Origin: Chloroherpetonaceae bacterium
GTDB taxonomy: Bacteria > Bacteroidota > Chlorobiia > Chlorobiales > Thermochlorobacteraceae
Direction: 5' to 3'
NCBI GenBank assembly: GCA_046719715.1
Contig: JBDNCJ010000001.1
Location: 9,592 to 73,591 of the forward strand
Length of the DNA stretch: 64,000 nt
The position numbers and the translations under genes were made by a program. The notes beneath the pieces are model-generated. The model was not told the origin of the DNA and searched no databases. It saw only the letters and a program-made list of their open reading frames with translations. Of the stretch, positions 28,684-39,022 are shown piece by piece; position 1 is the stretch's first letter; every line of letters starts with the position of its first letter.

Positions 28684-30861
28684 ATGCGTCGCTTTCTCTT
28701 AGTTCTACTGCTTTTTTCACGACCAACGTTTGGGCAACTCAAATCCCCTGAATCGTGTGTGATTTTGGTTCAAAAAACTGTTGATGAAATTGCGCTTGAC
28801 GGTCGGCTCGACGAAGCGAGTTGGCGGCGCGCGCAAGTGGCAACAGGCTTTGTACAAAATTTTCCCTTCGATACGTCATTCGCGACGGCGCAAACCGAAG
28901 TCCGCTTGACTTACAGCGAATCCGCACTCTACATTTCAGCCGTTTGTTACGATACGATAAAAGGCGATTTCATCGTTCAATCGCTTCGGCGCGATTTCGG
29001 CTATCCTCAAACGGAGAACTTCACGGTTTATCTCGATCCGCTCTCGAATCAAACGACGGGCTTTGCGTTCAGCGTCTCGCCGCTCGGTGTTTTGCGCGAA
29101 GGACTGCTGGATTTCGGCGGAAGTTTCGGCACGCAAACCAACTGGGATAACAAATGGAATGCAGAAGTACGGATTGAAGAAGAGAAGTGGATTGCGGAAA
29201 TTGAAATTCCATTCAACACCCTTCGATTCAAAAGCGGCACAAAAACATGGCGGGTGAATTTTTCGCGCAACAATTTGAAGGTGAATGAAAATTCATCGTG
29301 GTCGCCTGTGCCGCGAAATTTCAACGTATCGGCTCTTGCTTTCACCGGCACGCTGGTGTGGGAGTCGCCGCCCGAAAATACGAGCCTGAACCTCGCACTC
29401 ATTCCCTACACAAACAGCACAACCACACAAAACTTCCAGCGTCAAACAACGCCCGAACACACGTTCAACTATGGCACTGACGCAAAACTCGCCGTTACCT
29501 CGTCGCTGAATTTAGACCTGACGATAAACCCTGATTTCTCGCAGGTCGATGTCGATCGCCAAATCACCAACCTTGAACGCTTCAGCATCTTCTTTCCCGA
29601 ACAGCGTCAATTTTTTTTAGAGAACGGCGACCTTTTTTCCAACTTTGGATTTTCACGGATTCGTCCGTTCTTTTCGCGGCAGATTGGACTGTTCAACGGC
29701 GAGCAAGTGCCGATTCTTGCAGGCGCACGGTTGAGCGGCAACCTCAACAATAATTTGCGATTGGGCTTGCTCAACATTCAAACAGGCGCGTTTGAAACCG
29801 CGTCAGGCATTCAACTCACGCCGCAAAACTACACCGTCCTTTCGCTTCAACAGAAAGTCTTTACGCGCTCGAATCTCTCGGCGATTTACGTGGGTCGGGA
29901 GGGGCGCGACTTCAATGAGCAACTCGGCAACAACTTCAATCGCGTCGTCGGCGTGGATTACAATTTGCTTTCGGCAGATGGACGCTGGTTCGGCAGGCTC
30001 TTTTATCACTACAACTTTACGCCCGTTTCCAAGCCACAGCAATATGCGACGGCACTTTTCCTACGATACGACGAGCCGTCATTTGCGTTGGAATGGAATC
30101 ACGAAGTCATCGGCGCCAATTACAACCCCGAAGTCGGATTCGTGCCGCGCAACAATGTGATTCGGTTTGAACCGATTGTCACCAAACGATTCTTTCCAAA
30201 ATCAACGTTGATTAACAATCACGGCTTGACGGTGCGCGGCGACATTTATCGCGCTTTGAACGAATCCGTTCTGCTCGACGAGCTCATCGAGGCCACTTAC
30301 TTTCTGAACTTTCAAAACACGGCGGAGTTGGAGGTTTATGCGGCGCGGCAGTTCACTAAACTCTTTTTTCCGTTTGATGTAACCGGGCGGGGCGAAACGC
30401 CTTTGCCGACCGGAGAGTATACTTTTTCAGTCGTCGGCGCGGAATTTACCTCGGATATTCGCCCTGTTTTCACATACAGCGCGTTCGCCTACGGCGGCAC
30501 ATATTTCAACGGCACGCGCCGAGAGTATGGCGGAAGTGTGGAGTATCGATTCCAACCTTATGGCTCGATTCAAGTGAGTTTGAATCAAACGGATATTGAC
30601 TTGCCCGAACCGTTCCGAGATGCGCGACTGACTTTGCTCGGAACGCGCCTCGACCTTTCGCTGACACGCTCGCTCTTCATCACCGGATTTTTGCAATACA
30701 ACACGCAGATTGAAAACGTGAATTTGAACGCACGCTTGCAATGGCGATTTGCGCCGATGTCCGACGTCTTCATCGTGCTGACGGATAATTACAACACGGG
30801 GAACTTTGCCGTGCGTTCACGTGGGTTCGTCGTGAAGATGAGTTATTGGTTCAACACTTGA
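28684..30861 (+). CDS. CBM9-like/DUF5916-family outer-membrane protein
   Basis: Signal peptide and an N-terminal IALDGRLDE..W..A block typical of this Bacteroidota/Chlorobiota family, followed by a long beta-rich C-terminal region. Confidence 0.65.
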   Translation: MRRFLLVLLLFSRPTFGQLKSPESCVILVQKTVDEIALDGRLDEASWRRAQVATGFVQNFPFDTSFATAQTEVRLTYSESALYISAVCYDTIKGDFIVQSLRRDFGYPQTENFTVYLDPLSNQTTGFAFSVSPLGVLREGLLDFGGSFGTQTNWDNKWNAEVRIEEEKWIAEIEIPFNTLRFKSGTKTWRVNFSRNNLKVNENSSWSPVPRNFNVSALAFTGTLVWESPPENTSLNLALIPYTNSTTTQNFQRQTTPEHTFNYGTDAKLAVTSSLNLDLTINPDFSQVDVDRQITNLERFSIFFPEQRQFFLENGDLFSNFGFSRIRPFFSRQIGLFNGEQVPILAGARLSGNLNNNLRLGLLNIQTGAFETASGIQLTPQNYTVLSLQQKVFTRSNLSAIYVGREGRDFNEQLGNNFNRVVGVDYNLLSADGRWFGRLFYHYNFTPVSKPQQYATALFLRYDEPSFALEWNHEVIGANYNPEVGFVPRNNVIRFEPIVTKRFFPKSTLINNHGLTVRGDIYRALNESVLLDELIEATYFLNFQNTAELEVYAARQFTKLFFPFDVTGRGETPLPTGEYTFSVVGAEFTSDIRPVFTYSAFAYGGTYFNGTRREYGGSVEYRFQPYGSIQVSLNQTDIDLPEPFRDARLTLLGTRLDLSLTRSLFITGFLQYNTQIENVNLNARLQWRFAPMSDVFIVLTDNYNTGNFAVRSRGFVVKMSYWFNT

Positions 30862-30866
30862 CGGCG

Positions 30867-31868
30867 TTACCGATTTTCGTATTTCGGGATTCGCATCATC
30901 AAATCCATCACGGCTTCTTTCGGGGATTTCTGATTGAAGAGCACGTCGTAAATGCCTTGTGTAATCGGCATTTCAACATTGAGTTTGCGGGCGAGTTCGA
31001 CGACGGCTTTCGTGGTATAAACGCCTTCGGTAACCATTTTGACTTCTTGAAGCACGTCATCGAGCGTTCTGCCTTTGCCGATTTGCTCGCCGACGTAGCG
31101 ATTGCGGCTGTGCTTGCTGTTGCAGGTTACGACCAAATCGCCGATGCCGGCAAGCCCTGCGAAGGTCATCGGGTTTGCGCCGAGTTTCAAGCCGAAGCGC
31201 GAGAGTTCTGCCAGCCCTCTGGTGATAAGCGCGGCTTTGGCGTTGTCGCCGTAGCCGATGCCGTCGACGGCTCCGGCGGCAAGTGCCATGATGTTTTTCA
31301 CCGACCCTGCGACTTCCACGCCGATTAAATCGATATTGACATAAACACGAAACATCGGCGTGAAAAATGCTTCTTGAATTTTTTCCGCTGTTTGTTCATC
31401 GAGGCAAGCGGCGACGACGGCGGTCGGGTGTTTTTCTATGACTTCTTCGGCATGGCTTGGTCCGTAAAGCGCGGCGATTTGTCGGTGGCTCACCTGTGGC
31501 AACACATCTTGGGTAACTTCCGACATTCGATAGCCCGTTGAAATCTCTATGCCTTTGGAGACATTGACGAAAACGGTGTCGGAGAAATCAAGCGATGAAA
31601 TTTTATTTAAAGTCTCGCGCACTTTCTGCGCTGGCGTTGCAATCACGATAAGTTCTTTTCTGCTCGCCGCGTCGAGAATATCGGAACTGACCGAAAGCAA
31701 TTCGGGAAACGGCGCATTCGGCAAATACTCTTTGTTTTCGCGCTCGGTTGAAAGGCGCGTCGCTTTTTCAGGATTATGCGACCACAGCACAACCCGATGC
31801 CCTTTTTCTGCGAGAAGAATCGCAAGCGTTGTGCCCCAACTTCCCGCGCCTAAAACCGTGATGTTCAT
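30867..31868 (-). CDS. gpsA: NAD(P)H-dependent glycerol-3-phosphate dehydrogenase
   Basis: VLGAGSWGT Rossmann motif, plus GLAGIGDLVVTC and the SRN..VG block. Confidence 0.93.
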   Translation of the reverse strand: MNITVLGAGSWGTTLAILLAEKGHRVVLWSHNPEKATRLSTERENKEYLPNAPFPELLSVSSDILDAASRKELIVIATPAQKVRETLNKISSLDFSDTVFVNVSKGIEISTGYRMSEVTQDVLPQVSHRQIAALYGPSHAEEVIEKHPTAVVAACLDEQTAEKIQEAFFTPMFRVYVNIDLIGVEVAGSVKNIMALAAGAVDGIGYGDNAKAALITRGLAELSRFGLKLGANPMTFAGLAGIGDLVVTCNSKHSRNRYVGEQIGKGRTLDDVLQEVKMVTEGVYTTKAVVELARKLNVEMPITQGIYDVLFNQKSPKEAVMDLMMRIPKYENR

Positions 31869-32584
31869 TGAGAGACGCTCGTTGATTTTTTTGCAAAGAT
31901 TCGATTTTCCGTTCCGTTGCGAAGCCGCTCAATGTTTGTGCGATGGGTGTAAATGATGACGAAAGCAATCACGACGCTGGTTGCAATCGTGATGGTCTCG
32001 AGGCTGTCATGAAGCACGAACTTTGTGCCGAAAAGATGAAGGGGATACTGCGCGTCAACTTCTCCGCCGAAAACGAATCGGCGAATTGCCATCACCGTCG
32101 GAATGCTGACCGCGCCCGTCATTGATGAAACCGACACATAGCGCGTCAGGAGAAGCGTAGTGAAAAATATCGTAATCACAAACGCCATTGTAATTGGCGC
32201 AATGCCAATCACCACACCTGCCCCTGTGCTCACGCCCTTTCCGCCTTTGAATCCGGCAAAGACCGTATAGATGTGCCCGAGCATTGCGGCAACGCCAGCA
32301 AGCAATTGAAAGACGATGAACGGTGCATTTGGCAAACCGTCAATCGAGTTTGCTGTAAAATATCCAACAATGAAAGTAACAGGTAAAACCCCTTTGAGCA
32401 TATCAAAGAGCGTTACGAACAATCCCGCCTGCCAACCTAAAACGCGAAACACATTCGTTCCGCCTGCATTGCCGCTTCCGTGCTGACGAATGTCAATCCC
32501 TTTGACGGCTCTGCTGACGATGATGCTGGTCGGAATTGCGCCGATAAGGTAGGAGCAAAGCGCAATGAGCGCGAGTGTAATCAT
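31865..32584 (-). CDS. plsY: Glycerol-3-phosphate acyltransferase PlsY
   Basis: Blocks YLIGAIP, HGSGNAGGTN and FKGGKGV. Internal ATG chosen. The stop overlaps the gpsA start (ATGA). Confidence 0.9.
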   Translation of the reverse strand: MITLALIALCSYLIGAIPTSIIVSRAVKGIDIRQHGSGNAGGTNVFRVLGWQAGLFVTLFDMLKGVLPVTFIVGYFTANSIDGLPNAPFIVFQLLAGVAAMLGHIYTVFAGFKGGKGVSTGAGVVIGIAPITMAFVITIFFTTLLLTRYVSVSSMTGAVSIPTVMAIRRFVFGGEVDAQYPLHLFGTKFVLHDSLETITIATSVVIAFVIIYTHRTNIERLRNGTENRIFAKKSTSVSQ

Positions 32585-32752
32585 AGTCAAGTTTAAATAG
32601 CGCGTTTGTTGTCGCACGACTAACGACGGTTCGGTAGTCGGCGCGAATTTATTAAAATCCTTTTGCAAGGCAAGTCTGTTTGCCAAATTACAAAGAGATG
32701 TTATTTTATTTTCAAATAAGCAATTACACGCTAACGTCTTCCGACCATAGCA

Positions 32753-34351
32753 ATGCTATCCTTACTTAACGACAGCGATGCGCGTTCTAAATCGCTTCTC
32801 TCGAGGCTTGCAGACCAGCCAAAATCTCCTGCCATCATCGGCATTGCCGAAGTGCTCTGCGAGCAAGGACGTTACAGCGAAGCCATAACCCGACTCCTCA
32901 ATGTAGCGGCATTTTACGGCGATGTCTATCGCTTCAATCTCGTTTTGGCGCGGGCTTACCGTGATAATGGAGAGACGGAACTTGCAAAACAGTATTATGA
33001 AAAAGCCTGCCAAATTGCCCCTCAAAATGAAGTCGCTATGAAAGAATTGATTGCCTTAACGGCGTTTCCGCATGCTGTGCCGAAGCCGTCGCCGCGTGAG
33101 CGTGCAATGGAGCGTAAAGTTGCCCCAACGCTCGTCGCACCTGCATCGAAGGAGACGGAAGCCCAAGCGTCTGAACCTGAAACGCCGAGCGTATTCAAAT
33201 TAGATAGAGATAAACTCTCAAAAGTATTGGGCGGTGTGGTTGGCAGTCCAGAGAAGAGCGACGCCCCGCCGATTGAGGCTCAAAAGCCATCATCAAGCAA
33301 ACCGGCTGACGCATCTTCGGTTGTGGAAGCGTTCCGCAAGGCGGACAATCTCTTGGAGCAAGAACCCGATATTGACGCGCTCGCCCGTGAAATGATGGGG
33401 AACACATTCCAGCCACAAGAGCCGATGAATACCTCTCAAAGCGATGAGTTAATATCGGATAAGATGAGTCAGCCACCGGTGAAAACTGCGCCGATACGGG
33501 AAGCGCAAGCGCAACCACCGAAAATTGCCGCACCGACACAGCAAGGCGTTGAGAGTGAGGCGGATATCGATGCCATTGCCCGACAGATGCTGGGAATCGG
33601 CGTCTCCGATGAACCAATAGAATCGGCTTCAACCACCACTTCGGAAAGCGAACCCGTAATGCCTGCTTCGGCACCGTCATCAACGTCCTCCGCACCCAAG
33701 CCGATTCCGCTTGATGAGAACGGCAATCCCATCATTAAAATTGACCGCAACAAACTCACCCAAGCACTATCAGGCATTTATAGAGCCAAAGGCATCGCGC
33801 CAAGTGCGGCTGAATCAGATGCAGGTGAAGACGACGATATGCCGTTCCCAATGCCCGCCAAATCCGATGGGGGACGCTTACCAACGCCGTCGCCGCTTGC
33901 TTCGCCGCAATCGCCCGCTCAGAGTGAAGGCGCACTTTCTTTTGAAGAAGAAATCATGGCGATGCAAATGCAAGGCGGAGATGTTGATGCCTTCATCGCC
34001 AATAAAGACACAGCACATCGAGATGAAGCCAATGATGCAATGCCTGCACCTTCGCCTTCGCTGAATGACGAATACGACATCGACGCCCTCGCCCGAGAAA
34101 TGATGAACGCCCAGATGCCGAAAGTCGAGGAAACCAACGACCCCACGCCCGTTGCTGAGCAGCGACAACCTTTTTCCGATGACGACATCAAAACGCCGAC
34201 GCGCCAACTTGCCAAAATTTTTCAGTCGCAAGGAGCTTACGCCAAAGCCGTTAAAGTCTATGAGATGCTTGCCGAACGCGAGCCTGAAAACGCCTCTCTT
34301 TATGACATCCTCATCAGCGAGTTGCGCGAGAAAATGAATACTTCAAGGTAA
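32753..34351 (+). CDS. TPR-flanked protein with a long acidic/Pro-rich low-complexity core
   Basis: TPR-like helices at both ends. The core carries three copies of a DIDA(L/I)AR(E/Q)M(M/L) motif. Confidence 0.65.
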   Translation: MLSLLNDSDARSKSLLSRLADQPKSPAIIGIAEVLCEQGRYSEAITRLLNVAAFYGDVYRFNLVLARAYRDNGETELAKQYYEKACQIAPQNEVAMKELIALTAFPHAVPKPSPRERAMERKVAPTLVAPASKETEAQASEPETPSVFKLDRDKLSKVLGGVVGSPEKSDAPPIEAQKPSSSKPADASSVVEAFRKADNLLEQEPDIDALAREMMGNTFQPQEPMNTSQSDELISDKMSQPPVKTAPIREAQAQPPKIAAPTQQGVESEADIDAIARQMLGIGVSDEPIESASTTTSESEPVMPASAPSSTSSAPKPIPLDENGNPIIKIDRNKLTQALSGIYRAKGIAPSAAESDAGEDDDMPFPMPAKSDGGRLPTPSPLASPQSPAQSEGALSFEEEIMAMQMQGGDVDAFIANKDTAHRDEANDAMPAPSPSLNDEYDIDALAREMMNAQMPKVEETNDPTPVAEQRQPFSDDDIKTPTRQLAKIFQSQGAYAKAVKVYEMLAEREPENASLYDILISELREKMNTSR

Positions 34352-34529
34352 ATGCTTGATTCGCCCCCCCTTCACAAAAATTTACATCTCTTTTGTGTGT
34401 GCCCTGAAACACAGTGCGCGGGTTTGTCGTTATGACTTGCTTATCACCACTTGTTATTTCCAATACATCGTCATCAATCCAAACCACCTGAGTACGGTTT
34501 GAAAAAACGGTTAACGCTTTCTTTCATCA

Positions 34530-35975
34530 ATGGCTAAACATGCGACGCTTTTCGGGCTTTGCGCACTTCTTTGGTGTGCGCCGCCCGCATCGGCACAACC
34601 GGCGCAAGCCGTTCAATCTTCAATCCCTTCCGACACGCTCACGCTTGAGCAGTGTATTCAACTCGCCATAGAAAATTCCTTCGCCGTGCTTCGTGCGCAG
34701 AATACGCTTGACCTTACGGGCGCGTCGTTGGTTCAAGCCTATGGACAATTTCTTCCTGACTTGCGCGTGAGTGTGGGATTAACGCCGCTGACGGTCAACA
34801 ACAGTCTGCAAGGGCAGCTCAACCCGATTGATAGCACGCTCTTCTTCAACTTGCGTGGGTTGGAAGGCAAAAGTGCAAACTATAACATTTCCTCTTCGCT
34901 CAATCTCTTTAATGGCTTTTCCGATGTGGCAGGCTTGCGCAGAGCCATGAAGCAAAAAGATGCAGATACGTATTCGCTCACGCGAGCCAAGCAAGATATA
35001 GCCTTCAACGTGGCTCAAAGCTACTTGCAAGTGCTCTTGAACGAGGAACTGTTGCGAATTGCAAAAGAAAACTTAAAATCATCACAAGAGCGATTACGGC
35101 AGTTCCAAGAGCAAACGCGCGTGGGTTCAAGAGCGATTGCGGATTTGTATCAGCAAGAAGCGCAAGCGGCAAACGACGAACTCACGGTGATTCAGCGCGA
35201 GAATACGCTTCGCAACAGTGTGATTTTGTTGCTGCGACAAATCCGCGTCGACCTTGAAAAAGAGTATGCTTTCGCGCTTCCGCCAAATGATACCGTCATT
35301 TTGAACAGTGAATCTCAGAATGGCGCACGGCTGATTCAATCTGCGCTGGCAACGCGCGCCGACCTCAAAGCTCGTGAAAAAAGCATTGAAGCGGCACTTT
35401 GGGCGGTACGAGCCTCCGAAGGCAATTATTTTCCGACGCTGAATTTGAGCTTTAGTTATGGGGCAAACGCTTTCACACAAGATCGATTGACGATTGATGG
35501 GCAGGTGCGTCCGCCTGCTCCTTTGCCCGATTTTTCGCGTCAGCTTCGCGACCAAACCAGCTACAACATTTCGCTCAACCTCAACTGGAATATCTTTGAC
35601 CGATTCACGCGCGAAGTCCAACTGCAACAAGCCAAAATCAACGAACGAAATGCGCAACTTGCTTTTGAGGAGTTGAAACTTCAAGTCATCGGAGAGGTCA
35701 AGCAGTCGCTCGGCGATTACAACGCCGCCGTTCTGCAATTAGCGGCAAGCGAAAAAGGACTCATTTCGGCGAAGCAAGCCTACGAGACCGTCGCAAAGCG
35801 GTATGAAGTCGGCTCTGCAAATTTCGTCGAGCTCATCACCCAACAAGCGGCACTCGTTCAAGCGCAATCCAATCGAGCACAAGCTCTCTTCAATTTTACC
35901 TTCCAGAAAAAAATTCTCGAATACTATCTCGGCACGATTGATTTGAGACGGTATGAAGTCGGCGCGACGCGCTGA
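34530..35975 (+). CDS. TolC-family outer-membrane efflux protein
   Basis: Signal peptide and two tandem TolC-type repeats (LTLEQCIQLAIENS..., coiled-coil segments). Confidence 0.88.
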   Translation: MAKHATLFGLCALLWCAPPASAQPAQAVQSSIPSDTLTLEQCIQLAIENSFAVLRAQNTLDLTGASLVQAYGQFLPDLRVSVGLTPLTVNNSLQGQLNPIDSTLFFNLRGLEGKSANYNISSSLNLFNGFSDVAGLRRAMKQKDADTYSLTRAKQDIAFNVAQSYLQVLLNEELLRIAKENLKSSQERLRQFQEQTRVGSRAIADLYQQEAQAANDELTVIQRENTLRNSVILLLRQIRVDLEKEYAFALPPNDTVILNSESQNGARLIQSALATRADLKAREKSIEAALWAVRASEGNYFPTLNLSFSYGANAFTQDRLTIDGQVRPPAPLPDFSRQLRDQTSYNISLNLNWNIFDRFTREVQLQQAKINERNAQLAFEELKLQVIGEVKQSLGDYNAAVLQLAASEKGLISAKQAYETVAKRYEVGSANFVELITQQAALVQAQSNRAQALFNFTFQKKILEYYLGTIDLRRYEVGATR

Positions 35976-36023
35976 CGGAGTCAAATTTTTTTAGTCGTTT
36001 TCAACAATTTTAACTTCAAGGCA

Positions 36024-37409
36024 ATGTTGGCGGAAACAGAGACAACCATTCAACCAAAAGCGTCAAAGTTGACGATGGAATCCACCCTGAAATCAGGCGG
36101 CAAGAAAAAACAACAAAAGCGTAAATGGCTTTGGATAGGAATCGGCGCGGGCGTTTTGCTACTGATTGTCATTGCGGTATTTAGCAACAAGAAAACGCCG
36201 CCGATGTTTGTCAGCACTGAAAAAGTTTCGGTGCGCACAATTACGCAGCTCGTCTCTGCAACAGGAAAAATTTATCCGCAGACCGAAGTGAAACTCGCGC
36301 CCGAAGTCTCGGGAGAAATCGTCGAATTGCCCGTCAAAGATGGAGACGCGGTGAAAAAGGGACAACTGCTCTTTCGCATTAATCCCGAAGTAACGAAAGC
36401 ACAAGTTGAGCAAGCCTCTGCATCGCTCTCGTCGGCGAAAGCACAAAATCTGCAAGCCAAAGCTCAACTCTTGCTTCGCGAAGACGAACTGCGCCGCGCC
36501 AAAGAACTTTACAAACAAAAACTTATTTCCGAATCGGATTACATTACTGCCACCACCAACGCCGAAGTTGCCAAAGCCACCTACGAGGCTTCGCTCTTCG
36601 ATATTCAACGCTTGGAAAGCCAACTGCGCCAACAGCGTGAAAACCTCTCACGCACGACGGTATACTCACCGATGAATGGCAACGTCACGCTACTCACTTC
36701 AAAGCTCGGCGAGCGCGTCGTCGGCACAAGCATGATGACGGGAACAGAAGTGATGCGCGTTGCCGATTTGAGCCAAATGGAAGTGCGCGTTGATGTCAAT
36801 GAAAACGACATCGTGAGCGTGAAAAACGGCGATACTGCCCGCATCACCGTTGATGCATATCCAAATCAAAAGTTCGCTGGTGTTGTTTATGAAATTGCCA
36901 ACACTGCAAAAACCACTGGTGCAGGCACACAAGAACAAGTGACGAATTTCGAGGTCAAAATTCGTCTCATCGACCATCAAGGAAAATTGCGCCCCGGCAT
37001 GAGTGCAAATGCCGATATTGAAACTGAGACGGCAACCAATGTACTGACGGTTCCAATTCAAAGCGTAACCGTGCGCAACATCGAGGCAGGATTAAGTGCG
37101 GAAGAAGTCGCCGAACAGCGCGAAATGAAGGAAATGCAGTCGGGGGATAACACCTCTGCCTCCGCGAAAAATCAAGCCCAGCAAGCGCGCGCCGATAGAG
37201 AAAAACTCTCTCGCGTCGTGTTTGTCAAGGAAGGAGACATCGTGCGTATGAGAAAAGTCGAAACCGGTATTGCTGATAATGCTTATATGCACATCAAATC
37301 AGGCTTGAAGGAAGGCGAAGAAGTCGTCTCTGGACCCTATCGCGCCATCAGCCGCGAATTGAAGGATAGCACGAAGGTTGCAAGCGAGATGACGATGATG
37401 AAAAAATAA
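36024..37409 (+). CDS. Efflux periplasmic adaptor (HlyD/MacA family)
   Basis: N-terminal TM helix, lipoyl-like G.I..L.V..GD.VKKGQLL, a coiled-coil hairpin and a beta-barrel domain. Confidence 0.88.
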   Translation: MLAETETTIQPKASKLTMESTLKSGGKKKQQKRKWLWIGIGAGVLLLIVIAVFSNKKTPPMFVSTEKVSVRTITQLVSATGKIYPQTEVKLAPEVSGEIVELPVKDGDAVKKGQLLFRINPEVTKAQVEQASASLSSAKAQNLQAKAQLLLREDELRRAKELYKQKLISESDYITATTNAEVAKATYEASLFDIQRLESQLRQQRENLSRTTVYSPMNGNVTLLTSKLGERVVGTSMMTGTEVMRVADLSQMEVRVDVNENDIVSVKNGDTARITVDAYPNQKFAGVVYEIANTAKTTGAGTQEQVTNFEVKIRLIDHQGKLRPGMSANADIETETATNVLTVPIQSVTVRNIEAGLSAEEVAEQREMKEMQSGDNTSASAKNQAQQARADREKLSRVVFVKEGDIVRMRKVETGIADNAYMHIKSGLKEGEEVVSGPYRAISRELKDSTKVASEMTMMKK

Positions 37410-37444
37410 TTTTTTTTGACGGCAACTTGATTTTACAACAGGAT

Positions 37445-38179
37445 ATGGAACAGCGAACAATTAGACCAAAAGGCGACCTTGTTATTCAGATTGAAGGAGT
37501 AACCAAAGAATACAAAATGGGCGAGGAAATCGTCCGCGCTTTGCGAGGGGTTGATTTATGCATCTTTCGCAACGAATATGTGGCAATTATGGGACCTTCG
37601 GGAAGCGGCAAATCGACGCTGATGAACTTGCTTGGGTGCTTGGACACACCCACATCAGGCAAGTATGAGTTCAATCGTAAAGACGTGGCATCAATGGAAG
37701 ACGATGAGCTCGCTGAAATTCGAAACAAAGAAATCGGCTTTGTGTTTCAGACCTTCAACCTTCTGCCGCGTTCAAGTGCACTGCAAAACGTTGAACTGCC
37801 ACTCGTTTATGCAGGCTTTTCCGGCGAAGAGCGTCGAGCAAAAGCCTTATCTGCGCTTCAAAGCGTTGGACTTGGCGACCGCGTTCATCATAAACCGAAC
37901 GAACTTTCAGGCGGACAGCGCCAGCGCGTCGCTATTGCTCGCGCCCTTGTCAACAATCCCTCCATTATTCTTGCCGACGAACCGACGGGAAATTTAGACA
38001 CCAAAACTAGCATAGAGATTATGAACATCTTTGAAACGCTCTATGAGCAAGGGAATACAATTATCGTCGTTACCCACGAAGAAGATATTGCACGACACGC
38101 CCGACGTATTGTGCGCTTGCGAGATGGACTCATTGAGAGCGACCGACTAATTTCTGAAATGGAATTCGCCAAAGCCTAA
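37445..38179 (+). CDS. ABC transporter ATP-binding protein (MacB/LolD-type)
   Basis: Walker [10 protein letters not shown], signature [15 protein letters not shown] and Walker [12 protein letters not shown]. Confidence 0.93.
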   Translation: MEQRTIRPKGDLVIQIEGVTKEYKMGEEIVRALRGVDLCIFRNEYVAIMGPSGSGKSTLMNLLGCLDTPTSGKYEFNRKDVASMEDDELAEIRNKEIGFVFQTFNLLPRSSALQNVELPLVYAGFSGEERRAKALSALQSVGLGDRVHHKPNELSGGQRQRVAIARALVNNPSIILADEPTGNLDTKTSIEIMNIFETLYEQGNTIIVVTHEEDIARHARRIVRLRDGLIESDRLISEMEFAKA

Positions 38180-38191
38180 TCCTGCGAGTAC

Positions 38192-39016
38192 ATGAAGACC
38201 GATAAACTCGCATACCTTTGGCTTCAAGAAGTTCCCGAAGGATTTTTCTCGCTAATTGGTCGCAATAAGTCAGATGCAAGTCGCTATGCCTTTCAGTCCG
38301 TCGAGCTGAAGGAAACATCGTTTCGGATTGACGGTGTTTTTGTGCCTCAAACAGATGATGTCACTTACTTTGTCGAAGTTCAATTTCAACGCGATAATGC
38401 CTTTTATGCTCGATGCTTTGCTCAAATTTTTCTTTATTTGAAACAATTCGGCGCATGTCGCTGGCGCGCGGTTGTTATTTATCCTGATAGAAATATTGAA
38501 CAAACAAACCTTGTGGGATATGAAGAGATACTGAACACAGGCTTGGTTCGGCGTATTTATCTGAACGAGCTTCCAAGCCTAACACAGTTAGATACTGAAG
38601 TGGGTATTTTCAAGTTAATTATTGAGCCTGACACAACGGCAATCAAGGAAGCAAGAAATTTACTCGAGCGAGCGCCTGAACACTTAAATTTCATTGAGCA
38701 AGTTTTCTTTTACAAATTCAAAGACCTATCACGAAAGGAGATTTTGAAAATGTTGAGCATTAGAGAAGAATTCGAAGAAGAACTGAAAAAAACGCGAGCC
38801 TATCAGGAAATTTTGCAAGAAGGTAAACAAGAGGGAGTGCAACAAGGGCTACAACAAGGGCTACAACAAGGGCTACAACAAGGGCTACAACAAGGGCTAC
38901 AACAAGGAAAACTCAAGGCCGTGGCGTTCCTGCGCGAGTTAGGCGTTTCTGATGAAAAGATTGCCGAGCGATTAGAATTGCCGCTTGATGAAGTGAAAAA
39001 AGTTCAATCCAAATGA
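38192..39016 (+). CDS. DUF2887/Rpn-family PD-(D/E)XK nuclease-like protein (putative transposase-like) with DUF4351-type C-terminus
   Basis: The pattern MKTD....Y..FQ..P..FF.LIG......Y.F.SVE.K...FRIDGVF.P.....YFVEVQFQ.D..FY.R.F..IF.YL matches the cyanobacterial DUF2887 family. The C-terminus has QQGL repeats. Confidence 0.8.
   Translation: MKTDKLAYLWLQEVPEGFFSLIGRNKSDASRYAFQSVELKETSFRIDGVFVPQTDDVTYFVEVQFQRDNAFYARCFAQIFLYLKQFGACRWRAVVIYPDRNIEQTNLVGYEEILNTGLVRRIYLNELPSLTQLDTEVGIFKLIIEPDTTAIKEARNLLERAPEHLNFIEQVFFYKFKDLSRKEILKMLSIREEFEEELKKTRAYQEILQEGKQEGVQQGLQQGLQQGLQQGLQQGLQQGKLKAVAFLRELGVSDEKIAERLELPLDEVKKVQSK
38840..38908 (+). repeat. Perfect 12-bp tandem repeat (CAACAAGGGCTA, about 5.75 copies)
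   Basis: Read directly from the sequence. It is in frame and encodes (QQGL)5QQG inside the Rpn-like gene. Confidence 0.95.
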
Positions 39017-39022
39017 CCATCG

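Noticed and set aside
32663-32673. The 11-mer TTGCAAGGCAA is shared between the plsY upstream region and the HU upstream region (about 45462-45472), and might be a common promoter element.
   Set aside because: Hundreds of shared 11-mers are expected by chance between arbitrary positions in 64 kb. The distance to each start codon differs, and I could fit no consistent -35/-10 spacing at the HU copy.
38840-38908. Regularly spaced short repeats, considered as a possible CRISPR or minisatellite locus.
   Set aside because: The units are contiguous 12-mers with no spacers. They are in frame within a CDS and encode QQGL, so this is a coding microsatellite and not a CRISPR array.
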